NCBI GenBank assembly: GCA_030431455.1
Contig: JAUIJE010000003.1
Coordinates: 264,360 to 328,359 of the forward strand
DNA: 64,000 nt
DNA from: a bacterium
GTDB taxonomy: Bacteria; Myxococcota; UBA727; JAUIJE01
Direction of reading: 5' to 3'
The notes under the pieces: model-generated
The model's input: only the letters and a program-made list of their open reading frames with translations
Told to the model about the DNA's origin: nothing
The model's database searches: none
Made by a program: the position numbers and the translations under genes
Shown: positions 9,490 to 17,946 of the stretch, in pieces
Numbering within the stretch: the stretch's first letter is position 1
How the letters are laid out: each line of letters starts with the position of its first letter

Positions 9490-10203
9490 ATGATGTGGGC
9501 GTTGTGGATGGCGGGGTGGCTGGGCAGCCAGGGGGCGCCGGAACAGGGGGCACCCCCGGGCGGGCAGGTCCATGATCCCGTCGAGGCCCCCGACGACGAG
9601 GCCGCCGCGGCCGGCCCCCGGGTCGGGCCCGCGACGCTGGCCACGGCGGTGGGGTTGGTGGCGATCGGCACCGGCCCGGTCACCGTCGGCGGGCTGATCG
9701 GGTGTGGCGCGCTGTCGACCCTCGCCTACGACCCGGCCAACGACCTGCGCTTGCCCGCCGCGCAAAAGGTGCCTTTGATCATCGCCGCGGCCTGGCTTCC
9801 GGTGCCCGCCGGCGCCGCCGCGCTCGCCACGGTGCCCGTCGCCGCGGCGCTGTCTGTGGTCGCGGCCTGGTTGATCGCCGACGACGGCGCGGTGGCGCTC
9901 GCGACCGGGATCGGCGCCGCCGTGGCCGGCCCCACCGGCTTTGGGTTGGGCCTTTTGGGCGCGACCCTGCTCGCGATTCCGCTCGCGCTGGTCAGCAGCT
10001 CTCTGGTGCCCGATCCGCTCGGCCTCCGCGGGGGTCCGGTCGGCCCCGACGACGCCATCGGCCCCTTGCTGGGGGTGGCCGCGACCCTCGGGGCCGCCTT
10101 TGGCGTCGTCGTCGGCGCCGCCGCGGGCGGCGCGGTGGGCATCGCGCTGTTCGGCGGGCCCGCCGGCGCGCCGCCCGCTTCTGGCGCGCGCTCCCGCGAA
10201 TAG
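9490..10203 (+). CDS. Gly/Ala-rich multi-pass membrane protein (glycine-zipper-like), paralog 3 of 3
   Basis: 237-aa ORF in the same orientation with similar Gly/Ala-rich helices (GLIGCGALSTLAYDP, GIGAAVAGPTGFGLGLLGATLLAIPLALV). The competing minus-strand ORF 7573..10218 is Arg/Gly-rich junk. Confidence 0.5.
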   Translation: MMWALWMAGWLGSQGAPEQGAPPGGQVHDPVEAPDDEAAAAGPRVGPATLATAVGLVAIGTGPVTVGGLIGCGALSTLAYDPANDLRLPAAQKVPLIIAAAWLPVPAGAAALATVPVAAALSVVAAWLIADDGAVALATGIGAAVAGPTGFGLGLLGATLLAIPLALVSSSLVPDPLGLRGGPVGPDDAIGPLLGVAATLGAAFGVVVGAAAGGAVGIALFGGPAGAPPASGARSRE

Positions 10204-10263
10204 ACCACCCCGTGTCACATCCAGGCCGCGCCCCCCTCTACCTCCCCGAACCCTGACGAGGAG

Positions 10264-11658
10264 GTGAGCATGAAGTCGGCGCTTGGCGTGGCCGTGGCGT
10301 TGTGGGTGTTTTCCCTGGGCTGCCCGGGCCCGGGCCCGGGCCCGGGAAAAGACGCCGGGCCCCCTGCCCCCGACGCCGGCCCCGACGGCGGCGTGGACCA
10401 GCCCGACGCCGGCGCAGACGCGGGGCCGGTGGCGCTGTGGCCGCTGTCCGGCATCGACGCGGACCTACCCGACGACGACCTCGCCCCCCTCGCCGGCCTG
10501 CTCGCGGGCAAAGACGTGATCGGCATCGGCGAAAGCGTACACACCACCGGCGGCGAGCTGCGCATGCGGGCCCGGCTGATTCGATTCCTCGTCGAGTCTC
10601 ACGGGGTGCGCGCCATCGCCCTCGAGAACGAATGGGAAAACACCGAACGGGTCATCGTCCCCTACGTCGAGACCTGTGCGGGCACCCCCGAGGACGCGGC
10701 CCGGGGCATGAACCCCATCTGGTGGGACGTGTCCACCCCCGACTTGATGCAATGGCTTTGTGAGTACAACCAGGCCCACCCCGCAGACCCGGTGCGCGTG
10801 ATGGGGGTCGACATCCGGCAAGCCTGGTACGACCTGCCCGCGCTCACCATGTACCTGCAACAGGCCGCGCCGGGGGTGGCCGATGCCCTCGCCGACGGCC
10901 TCGCCACCTGCCTGGGCGCGGGCTACGCCGATGCCGGCGCATTCTTCGCCGACCCGGCGGTGCAAGGCCACTTCGCGGGCACGCCCACCCCCGAGGCCGA
11001 ACACGAGGCCTGCCTCGACGGGGCCGACGCCGCCTCGGCCTACTTTGAGGCTGAACGCGACGCGCTCATCGCCGCGAGCAGCGAACGAGAGTACGAACGC
11101 GCCCGCCTGCGGGTGGTGGGCATGCGCGCCTTCGACCTGTCCATCTACCACTTGAGCCGGGGTTCGCTCGAGGAGGCCAACCCGCCGCGCGACGCGGCCA
11201 TGGCCGACGTGTTCACCACCTTTCGGCGGCTCGACTTTCCCGGCGCGCGCACCATTGTGTTCGCCCACAACGGGCACATCCTGCATCATTCCGACGAGGT
11301 CCTCGCCGGCCAATGGGTGGGGGTCAAGAACCTCGGCACCCTCGTGCACGAACAGCTCGGCCCCGCCTACGCCGCGGTGGGCCAGCTCAGCCGCACCACC
11401 CACATCAACTGGACCCAGGGCCCGCAGACCCTCGAACACTTCGCGTCCGATGACCTGGAGTTCGTCATCGGCACCCGGGGGCTTGGCTATGCCCTGTTGG
11501 ACCCGGCGGCCGCGGTCGCGCTGGACCCGCCGCTGTGGTCGCCGGACACCGGCTACGACGTGGGGTTCGACACCTTGGTGCCCGACCGCCACTACGACGC
11601 GCTGGTGTTTCACCTGGTGTCGCCGGCCAACGACTACTTCGCGACCCCGGCCCCCTAG
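10264..11658 (+). CDS. Erythromycin esterase (EreA/EreB) family lipoprotein
   Basis: Signal with lipobox (VFSLGCPG) and a Pro/Gly/Asp-rich linker, then VIGIGESVHTTGGELRMRARLIRFLVE and FAHNGHILH motifs typical of the erythromycin esterase family (PF05139). Confidence 0.7.
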   Translation: MSMKSALGVAVALWVFSLGCPGPGPGPGKDAGPPAPDAGPDGGVDQPDAGADAGPVALWPLSGIDADLPDDDLAPLAGLLAGKDVIGIGESVHTTGGELRMRARLIRFLVESHGVRAIALENEWENTERVIVPYVETCAGTPEDAARGMNPIWWDVSTPDLMQWLCEYNQAHPADPVRVMGVDIRQAWYDLPALTMYLQQAAPGVADALADGLATCLGAGYADAGAFFADPAVQGHFAGTPTPEAEHEACLDGADAASAYFEAERDALIAASSEREYERARLRVVGMRAFDLSIYHLSRGSLEEANPPRDAAMADVFTTFRRLDFPGARTIVFAHNGHILHHSDEVLAGQWVGVKNLGTLVHEQLGPAYAAVGQLSRTTHINWTQGPQTLEHFASDDLEFVIGTRGLGYALLDPAAAVALDPPLWSPDTGYDVGFDTLVPDRHYDALVFHLVSPANDYFATPAP

Positions 11659-11676
11659 ATCCAGCTCCGGGAAGCC

Positions 11677-13428
11677 TCAGCCTCCGCTGACCAAGGCTTG
11701 GTCGCCCTCGTCGATCACCCCGTCGTCGTCGAGGTCGTAGAGCGGATCGTAGTGACCGTCCATCCGGCGCGCGTCGGGCATCTGCCCCCCGCGCCGGAGG
11801 GCGACCTCGAGCAGGTCGTGGGCGTCGACCACCCCATCGAAGGTCACGTCCGCGCCGGTTCGGTCGAGCAATCGCGGCGCGGTCCAGCGGGGGTCGACCT
11901 CGACCAAGGCCGGGGCCCGGTCCACGTCGATGGCCACCGTGACCGGCGCCCCGCCGACCGCGACCAAGTGTTCGGTGCTGGTGCCGTCGTCGTGGGTCAA
12001 GCGCACCGGTACCGTGAATGTTTGCCCCCCGAGGTTGGTCAACGTCACCGTCTGGGTCCCGTCGACGTACGCGGTCTCGACCGCGAGGGTGGCGTACCCC
12101 GCTTGGCGCAAAAAGCCGTCCACGATGGGGCCGACGTCGTGACCCAGCAGGGCCAACTCGTCGACGAGGGCTTGTCCGCTGAGGGCCCCGGGGCCCCCGG
12201 CCGCGACCGCGGCCAGGGCGAGGTCAAAGTCGTCCACCCCCGCCTCGACCTCGATGGCCCGGTAGACCGCGGCGGCCTTGTGGTAGGCCACATGCAGGTA
12301 CACCGGGCTGTCCTGGACCGCGGGATCGAATGGCGCAATGTCATTGCCAACCGGGCGGCCGAGCAGATACCACACCGCGTTCATGCGCATGCCCGCGTCG
12401 CGCACCTTGTCGCCCTGCAACGCGCCGAGGGCACGCCAGGCGCTGTATTCGGCGAGCCCCTCCTGCAGCGCGCCCCCTTCGGCGAAGTCCGCGGCCGAGG
12501 TCATGCCCCCCCACCAGCTGTGCGCGAACTCGTGGGCCATGCCCTGCTCGAGCAGGTAGCGGTAGTCGGGGTGTCCCACGATGTACTCGCCGATGTAGAC
12601 GCTGCCGTAGTCGCCGAGGCCCCCGAACGCGAAGTTGGGCGGCACGGTGGTGAGGTAGGCGTGGTCAAAGGGCAACGGCCCGAAGAGGTCTTGGTAGACC
12701 CCGATGGCCTCGCTGGCCACGGTCACGGCTTGTTCCATGTACACGGCATTGTCTCCGGCCTGGTGAAACGCGCCGGTCACCGCGAACGGGGCGTCGACCT
12801 CGACGAGGTCGGCCTGCCCCGCGTACAGGGTCAATCGATCCGCGGCGGCGATGGAAAGCTGGTGGACCAGGGTGCCGTCGGGCTGTGGGGTGGTCGTGTC
12901 CGGGCCGCCCTGGGGCCCGGCGACGTGAAAAGCCGCGGGCGCGTGCACGGACAACGTGGCGTCGAAGTCATCGGCCCCGAACAGATTGACCAGGTACCAG
13001 CCTGCGTTGACGGTGGCGTTGATGAGGATGGTCTCTTGGGCGGACGTCCAGCACATCACCGTGTTGGGGCCGGCGCCGCAGTCCAGCGGTCCGGTCAGCT
13101 GCATGGTCAAGGTCGCGGTCTCGCCCGCGGACAGCGGGGCGGGCAGGTCGACGACCTCGACCTGCCCCGGGTACTGGGGATGGTCCGTGGCCGTCGTCGG
13201 TACCCCGTCGACGAGCCAGGTCGCGGCCTGGGCCCCGGTGGAAAAGGTGTACACCTCCGTGGTCGGGGACAGGGCCTCGAACAGCACCGTGGTCTCGATG
13301 GTGAGCGGGCTTTGCACCACATCCACGGTCACGGTCTGTTGCAGGATGTCGATCCCGGTCTGGGCGGTCGCCGCCGGCGCGGCCAGCGCGCACAGCCCCA
13401 CCAGCGATGCAGTCACAATGCGGGTCAT
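11677..13428 (-). CDS. Secreted M1-family-like zinc metallopeptidase with a C-terminal dockerin-like Ca-binding repeat
   Basis: Start chosen at MTRIVTASLVGLCALAAPAATAQ (signal peptide). MAHEFAHSWWGG...(18 residues)...E matches the gluzincin HEXXH-X18-E arrangement of the M1/LTA4H family, and the C-terminal DLDDDGVIDEGDQALV resembles a dockerin/EF-hand-like repeat. Confidence 0.6.
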   Translation of the reverse strand: MTRIVTASLVGLCALAAPAATAQTGIDILQQTVTVDVVQSPLTIETTVLFEALSPTTEVYTFSTGAQAATWLVDGVPTTATDHPQYPGQVEVVDLPAPLSAGETATLTMQLTGPLDCGAGPNTVMCWTSAQETILINATVNAGWYLVNLFGADDFDATLSVHAPAAFHVAGPQGGPDTTTPQPDGTLVHQLSIAAADRLTLYAGQADLVEVDAPFAVTGAFHQAGDNAVYMEQAVTVASEAIGVYQDLFGPLPFDHAYLTTVPPNFAFGGLGDYGSVYIGEYIVGHPDYRYLLEQGMAHEFAHSWWGGMTSAADFAEGGALQEGLAEYSAWRALGALQGDKVRDAGMRMNAVWYLLGRPVGNDIAPFDPAVQDSPVYLHVAYHKAAAVYRAIEVEAGVDDFDLALAAVAAGGPGALSGQALVDELALLGHDVGPIVDGFLRQAGYATLAVETAYVDGTQTVTLTNLGGQTFTVPVRLTHDDGTSTEHLVAVGGAPVTVAIDVDRAPALVEVDPRWTAPRLLDRTGADVTFDGVVDAHDLLEVALRRGGQMPDARRMDGHYDPLYDLDDDGVIDEGDQALVSGG

Positions 13429-14018
13429 GGCGTGCCCCCTCGGGTGATGGTGCCCCCGGCGCAGCGCGCGCCGAGCACCGCGCCGGTCGCGTCCTTGACC
13501 AGCAGCCGGGTGCACCGAATGGACCGGTCCTCGTCGGAAAACGGCACGGTGAACGCCAACACCGTGGCGTCCTCGGCCACGATCACGTCCCCCGCGGCGG
13601 GGTCTTTTCCCGCCCCGCCGAAGTGAAGCGCGTCCGGGGACCGCACCCACAGCTGGGTGTGGGTCTCGGCCGCGCCGAGCCAACGCGCGGTCTCCACCAC
13701 CTGGGCGTCGTCGAGCCCCGGCCCCACCAACCGCCCGGCCAGACCGAACAGCGGGGGCAAGCCGTGCGCGGCCAGGCGCAGGGTCACGGTCTGCGCGTCC
13801 TCGTCGACGGCGACGAGGTCGAGCGCGAGGTGTGCGCCGGGGGCGGCGTCATCGGGCACAAACCCCGGCGCCCCCGGGCCCGCGTCGGCCGCGACCGGTC
13901 CGGCGTCGGCCGCGAACAATCCGGCATCGGCGGCGCCCCCGTCGCTCTGGCCCGCGTCGATGGGGCATGCGCTGAGCGCGCCCGCGACGGTGATGAACAA
14001 TATCGTGCGTACGGCCAT
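13425..14018 (-). CDS. Hypothetical lipoprotein, translationally coupled to the M1-like peptidase
   Basis: Start at MAVRTILFITVAGALSACP (lipobox LSAC), about 197 aa. Its stop overlaps the peptidase start by 4 nt (ATGA), suggesting an operon. Confidence 0.5.
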   Translation of the reverse strand: MAVRTILFITVAGALSACPIDAGQSDGGAADAGLFAADAGPVAADAGPGAPGFVPDDAAPGAHLALDLVAVDEDAQTVTLRLAAHGLPPLFGLAGRLVGPGLDDAQVVETARWLGAAETHTQLWVRSPDALHFGGAGKDPAAGDVIVAEDATVLAFTVPFSDEDRSIRCTRLLVKDATGAVLGARCAGGTITRGGTP

Positions 14019-14112
14019 GGCCGACCTCCTCGCGGGCCGGGCCCGCAGGGATGGTTGTAGGGGGCCGGGCCGGCCGCCCACTAGGCGATTTGTGCTTTTC
14101 TCGCGTCGCCGC

Positions 14113-14892
14113 TCAGGCCGACAGGCGGCGCACCCGGCTCGGGGCCACCCCCACCCGGTCGCGAAACGCGCGCGAAAACCGCGACAGGTCGGCGAAGCCT
14201 GCGCGCATCGCCGCGTCGGTGACGGAGTGGCCGGCCCCGAGCAGACCGCGGGCCCGGCGCACGCGCACGTCCTGTACATAGACATAGGGCGCGCGCCCGG
14301 TGACGGCGCGAAAGGCGCGCGAAAAGTGCGCGCGGCTCATGCCCGCGGCCTTCGCGATGTCGGCCACGGTGATCGCCTCGGTGTACCCGTCCTCGATGAA
14401 CTGCACCGCGCGGGCGATGCGGCCGTCGTCGCGGGGGGCGCCCGGTCGGGCCCGGTGGTGCTGGTCGAGGTGAAAACCGAGCGCCTCGGTGAGCCCATCC
14501 ACCGCCCGGTCCCGGTCGGCCAAGCCGGTCTCGACCTCCGCGTGCAACAGCCGGCCCACCCACGCGAGGTCCTCGTCCGCGAACAGCGCGGGGTCCTCGA
14601 GGGGGACGGCGCCGGCCTCGGGCCCAAACCAGACCGAACGCGCCTCGGTCGCGGGATCTATCTCGGTCAGGTGCACCACCCCCGCGGGCACGACCATGAC
14701 CTGCCCCGGACCGAGGTCGAAGGTGCGCCCGCCGACGCGGTACCGCACGTGCCCGCGGTGCACCCACGCGATCTCGACCGCGTCGTGGGCGTTGGCGGCA
14801 AAGGGGGCGAGGGCGCCCGCGCCGCGCACGAAGTGGCGGACCCGCACCCGGTCGGACGCGGCCTGGTCGAGGGGAACCGCCCAGTTGGACAT
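14113..14892 (-). CDS. AraC-family transcriptional regulator (cupin sensor plus HTH)
   Basis: MSNWAVPL...VVPAGVVHL is a cupin-like N-domain, and the C-terminal ITVADIAKAAGMSRAHFSRAFRAVTGRAPYVYVQDVRVRRARGLL is the AraC-type HTH signature. The start is chosen downstream of the junk-like in-frame N-terminal extension of the track ORF. Confidence 0.85.
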   Translation of the reverse strand: MSNWAVPLDQAASDRVRVRHFVRGAGALAPFAANAHDAVEIAWVHRGHVRYRVGGRTFDLGPGQVMVVPAGVVHLTEIDPATEARSVWFGPEAGAVPLEDPALFADEDLAWVGRLLHAEVETGLADRDRAVDGLTEALGFHLDQHHRARPGAPRDDGRIARAVQFIEDGYTEAITVADIAKAAGMSRAHFSRAFRAVTGRAPYVYVQDVRVRRARGLLGAGHSVTDAAMRAGFADLSRFSRAFRDRVGVAPSRVRRLSA

Positions 14893-14948
14893 GTCCCGAT
14901 TGTGCGCTGTCGCGGGGCCGAACGCTCCAAAAAACGACTGAAACGGCT

Positions 14949-16418
14949 TCAGTCCCCGTCGGCCACCGCGAAGAACGCCGCCACCCGCGCGTCTTCCCCC
15001 CGCGGGGAGAGCGCCCACGCGAGCCCCAGATTGGGCAACAGGCCGTAGAGCCCGGCGTGGACCGGGACCGGCCGCAGATCCGGCCACAGGGTGAACAACA
15101 ACATCACCGCCGTGCCCACCACCAAGCCGCTGAGCACCCCCCGGGCGGTGAGCCGGCGCACGCACAGGCCCAAGACCACCGCGGGGAAAAACTGCACCAC
15201 CGCGCCGTAGGTCGCGAGCAACAACGTCACCAATGAACCTTGGTAGAGGACCGCGAACGCGTAGCCCGCGGCCATGACCGCCACCACCAGGATGCGAATG
15301 GCCCGCCGCTCGGCATCGGCGGAGAGGGTTCGGCCCCCGGCGGTGATGTAGCCATCCCGCACCGCGATGGACGCGGCCGCGTGCACCATCGCGTCCCCGG
15401 ACGACATCGACGCCGCCAATGCCCCTGCACAGAAAAGCCCCACCACCACGCTGGGCAGGTCCATGTGCATCAGCATATGCGGTAAGATCTGGTCCGGCTG
15501 GTCGGGCGCGGGGGTGAAGAACACCCCACAAAACCCAATGAAGAACAGCGGCACCAAAAAGATCTGGAACGTGGGGTAGAGCACCACCGTCCGGCGCAAT
15601 GTGTCTTCACTCTTCGCGGAGAAACTCTTCATGAACAGGTGGGGCCACAAGCAGAAGCCGAGGATCGACACCGTCACCGCCGAGCCGTAGGCCAAAAAGC
15701 TCCAGGGCTCCCCCGACGAGGACAGGCCGGGCGCGCTCAGCAGCTCGGGCCGCTCGGCCGCGATCTTGGCGAACATCGGCCCCACCCCGCCGTAGAGCTT
15801 GGTGGGCAAATAGAGCCCAAGCCCCCAGGCCAGAACCATCATGAACACGCCCTGCAAGGTGTTGGTCCAGCCCACCCCGAGCACGCCGCTCTTGAGCACG
15901 TACACGAGCACCACCGCATAGGTGAGCAGCGCGCCCGCCCACTCCGGCAGCGCCCCTTCGGTGAGCGCCTCGAGCACGTAGCCCGCGCCCTTCATCTGCA
16001 GCGCGAGGTAGGGCACGAACGCGGCCACGCTCACCACCGCCATCACCCCCGCCAGCCGCACATCGCCGAACCGGCTTGCCACCATTTCCGCCTGGGTCAC
16101 GAACCCGTATCGCCGACCAAGCCGGGCCGCCCGCGGGCCGAGGAAATAGAGCGGCACCATGCCCAGCGCGCCGTAGCCGAGGATGTAAAAGGCCGCCGCG
16201 CCTTTTTTGTATGCCCACCCCGGCCCCCCGAGGAAGGCGAAGGCGGAAAACACCGTGGCCCCGGTGATGAAGTACATCACCACCAGACCCAGCCCCCGGT
16301 CGCCGGCGACGAAGCCCGCGGCCGAGTCGGTGCTCTTTTTGCTCGGCCACATCCCCACAATGAGACTGATCGCGAGGTAGCCAAGGCTCACCGCCAGGAT
16401 CACCGCCCCCCGGGTCAT
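14949..16418 (-). CDS. Sodium:solute symporter (SSF) family transporter
   Basis: About 490 aa with multiple transmembrane segments and SSF-type sequence (MTRGAVILAVSLGYLAISLIVGMWPSKKSTDSAAGFVAGDRGLGLV...). The start overlaps the stop of the upstream small membrane-protein gene (ATGA). Confidence 0.85.
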   Translation of the reverse strand: MTRGAVILAVSLGYLAISLIVGMWPSKKSTDSAAGFVAGDRGLGLVVMYFITGATVFSAFAFLGGPGWAYKKGAAAFYILGYGALGMVPLYFLGPRAARLGRRYGFVTQAEMVASRFGDVRLAGVMAVVSVAAFVPYLALQMKGAGYVLEALTEGALPEWAGALLTYAVVLVYVLKSGVLGVGWTNTLQGVFMMVLAWGLGLYLPTKLYGGVGPMFAKIAAERPELLSAPGLSSSGEPWSFLAYGSAVTVSILGFCLWPHLFMKSFSAKSEDTLRRTVVLYPTFQIFLVPLFFIGFCGVFFTPAPDQPDQILPHMLMHMDLPSVVVGLFCAGALAASMSSGDAMVHAAASIAVRDGYITAGGRTLSADAERRAIRILVVAVMAAGYAFAVLYQGSLVTLLLATYGAVVQFFPAVVLGLCVRRLTARGVLSGLVVGTAVMLLFTLWPDLRPVPVHAGLYGLLPNLGLAWALSPRGEDARVAAFFAVADGD

Positions 16419-16615
16419 GGCCGGCCCCGGGTGAGGTGAAACGCGAGCAGGGCGAAAAAGCTCGCCCCCACCCACCCCACCGTCCACACCAAAGACACCG
16501 GCAAGCCGAACCACGAAAGCCCCGGCCCCGACGCAAACCAGGCGTGCCCGGCGCCCACCACCGCCAGCCAGCACACCCCACAGAACGCCGCGTAGGCGAC
16601 TTCGCGTTTGCCCAT
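16415..16615 (-). CDS. Small two-helix membrane protein (DUF3311-like) coupled to the symporter
   Basis: 66-aa ORF MGKREVAYAAFCGVCWLAVVGAGHAWFASGPGLSWFGLPVSLVWTVGWVGASFFALLAFHLTRGRP. Its position immediately upstream of and overlapping an SSF transporter is the usual DUF3311 context. Confidence 0.5.
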   Translation of the reverse strand: MGKREVAYAAFCGVCWLAVVGAGHAWFASGPGLSWFGLPVSLVWTVGWVGASFFALLAFHLTRGRP

Positions 16616-16698
16616 CGTCGTCGAGTCTCGCCCCCACCGCGGCCGCGAACAAGCCCAAACCAGCCCCCGCCCGCCGCCCTCTTGCTAGGCTCGACCGC

Positions 16699-17892
16699 AT
16701 GCTGCTCGTGACCCTGCTCCTCGCCGGACAGACCCTCAACCTCGGGGCCGACGCCATGCGCACCGGCCAGGACCGCTACCTCGGGGCCGAGCTCGGGGTG
16801 GAAAGCGGCTCGCCCGTCACCGTGCCCGCGGCCACCCGCACCCACGGCATCGTGCGCCTGCGCTACATCGAACGCGCCCTCATCCCCGGGCCCGGCGGCA
16901 TCGACCTCGACCTCAACACCGACACAGCCACATTGTCGTATTTCCACCCCGGCTTGTTCGGGGAGCGGTCCTGGTCACAGACCTATCTCCGGGCCCAGGG
17001 CTTCGCCGCCAACCTCCTCACCGACCACGCCCGGGCCGGGGTCCAGGTCCCGGGCCGGGGGTTCGGCGCCGGCTACCTCCTCGGGGGCACCCACCTCGGG
17101 GCCACCCTGGTCCGCACCGACCTCGCCCGGGTGTATGTCGCGGGCCAGCTCGAGGCCCGGCAGTGGTTTCACTTCGCCATGCCCACCACCAGCCCCGGCC
17201 TCGTGCTCCCCCCCGCCAACCAGGCGCTGGAGCCCACCCTGTTCGCCACCGTCGACGGCGTCGATTGGCAAACCCCCCTGCGCCGTCCCCACGGGGTCCG
17301 CACCTGGGCCCAGGTGGGCGGCATCGCCCGCCTCGGCGCGCGCAACTGGGGACAGCTGAACGGCAACGACGACAAGCGCAATCACATTGGGCCGTGGGGG
17401 GCCCGGGCGGAGGCGGGCATCCAGGGGGGCGCGGTGGCCCCGCAGTTTGTGTTCGTGCGGCCGGTGGTGGAGGTCGGCCTGCGCGGCGGCCTGAGCCAGG
17501 GGCTCGACGACCGCGATCGCTTTCGGGTCGGGGGCGACAACCCCTGGGTGATCCCCCTCGCGGGGGCGGGGTGGGCAGAGTTCCTCGTCGACGACTACGC
17601 GTGGGGCCAAGCCTGCGCGGGCCTGCTGGTGTTTGATCGGGTGGGGCTCGACCTCGGGGGCGAGGTGGCGATGATCAACGACCCCTACCGGCGGGGAGAC
17701 CTGACCGACGTGCGGACATTCTCGGGCGCGTTTTTCCGGGTGGTGGCCCGCCCCATCGACGCGGTGGTGGTCACGTTGCGGGTGGCCCAAAGCCTGTCGC
17801 TGCCGCGCACCGGCGTCGATCCCTATGGGCTGGCCGGGACCAAGGGCTACCTCAACCTGGAGTGGAGAGCGTTGCCCTGGCCCTGGTGGTGA
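16699..17892 (+). CDS. Hypothetical secreted protein, possibly an outer-membrane beta-barrel
   Basis: 397 aa with a signal-like start (MLLVTLLLAGQTLNLGADA), alternating amphipathic beta-like segments and an aromatic C-terminus (LEWRALPWPWW). Composition is normal, unlike the antisense ORF 16975..20307. Confidence 0.5.
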   Translation: MLLVTLLLAGQTLNLGADAMRTGQDRYLGAELGVESGSPVTVPAATRTHGIVRLRYIERALIPGPGGIDLDLNTDTATLSYFHPGLFGERSWSQTYLRAQGFAANLLTDHARAGVQVPGRGFGAGYLLGGTHLGATLVRTDLARVYVAGQLEARQWFHFAMPTTSPGLVLPPANQALEPTLFATVDGVDWQTPLRRPHGVRTWAQVGGIARLGARNWGQLNGNDDKRNHIGPWGARAEAGIQGGAVAPQFVFVRPVVEVGLRGGLSQGLDDRDRFRVGGDNPWVIPLAGAGWAEFLVDDYAWGQACAGLLVFDRVGLDLGGEVAMINDPYRRGDLTDVRTFSGAFFRVVARPIDAVVVTLRVAQSLSLPRTGVDPYGLAGTKGYLNLEWRALPWPWW

Positions 17893-17946
17893 CCGGCGGC
17901 GAACGCCCGGTGTTGGCGGGCCGCGCCTGCGCTGGTACGACAACGT

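Noticed and set aside
6423-10218. Long minus-strand ORFs 6423-7976 and 7573-10218 (881 aa) and the plus-strand frame 6695-7984
   Set aside because: Extreme Arg/Gly/Pro/His content with no hydrophobic core, opposite to coherent plus-strand genes. The 6695 frame is out of frame with the better 6900 start that overlaps the upstream stop.
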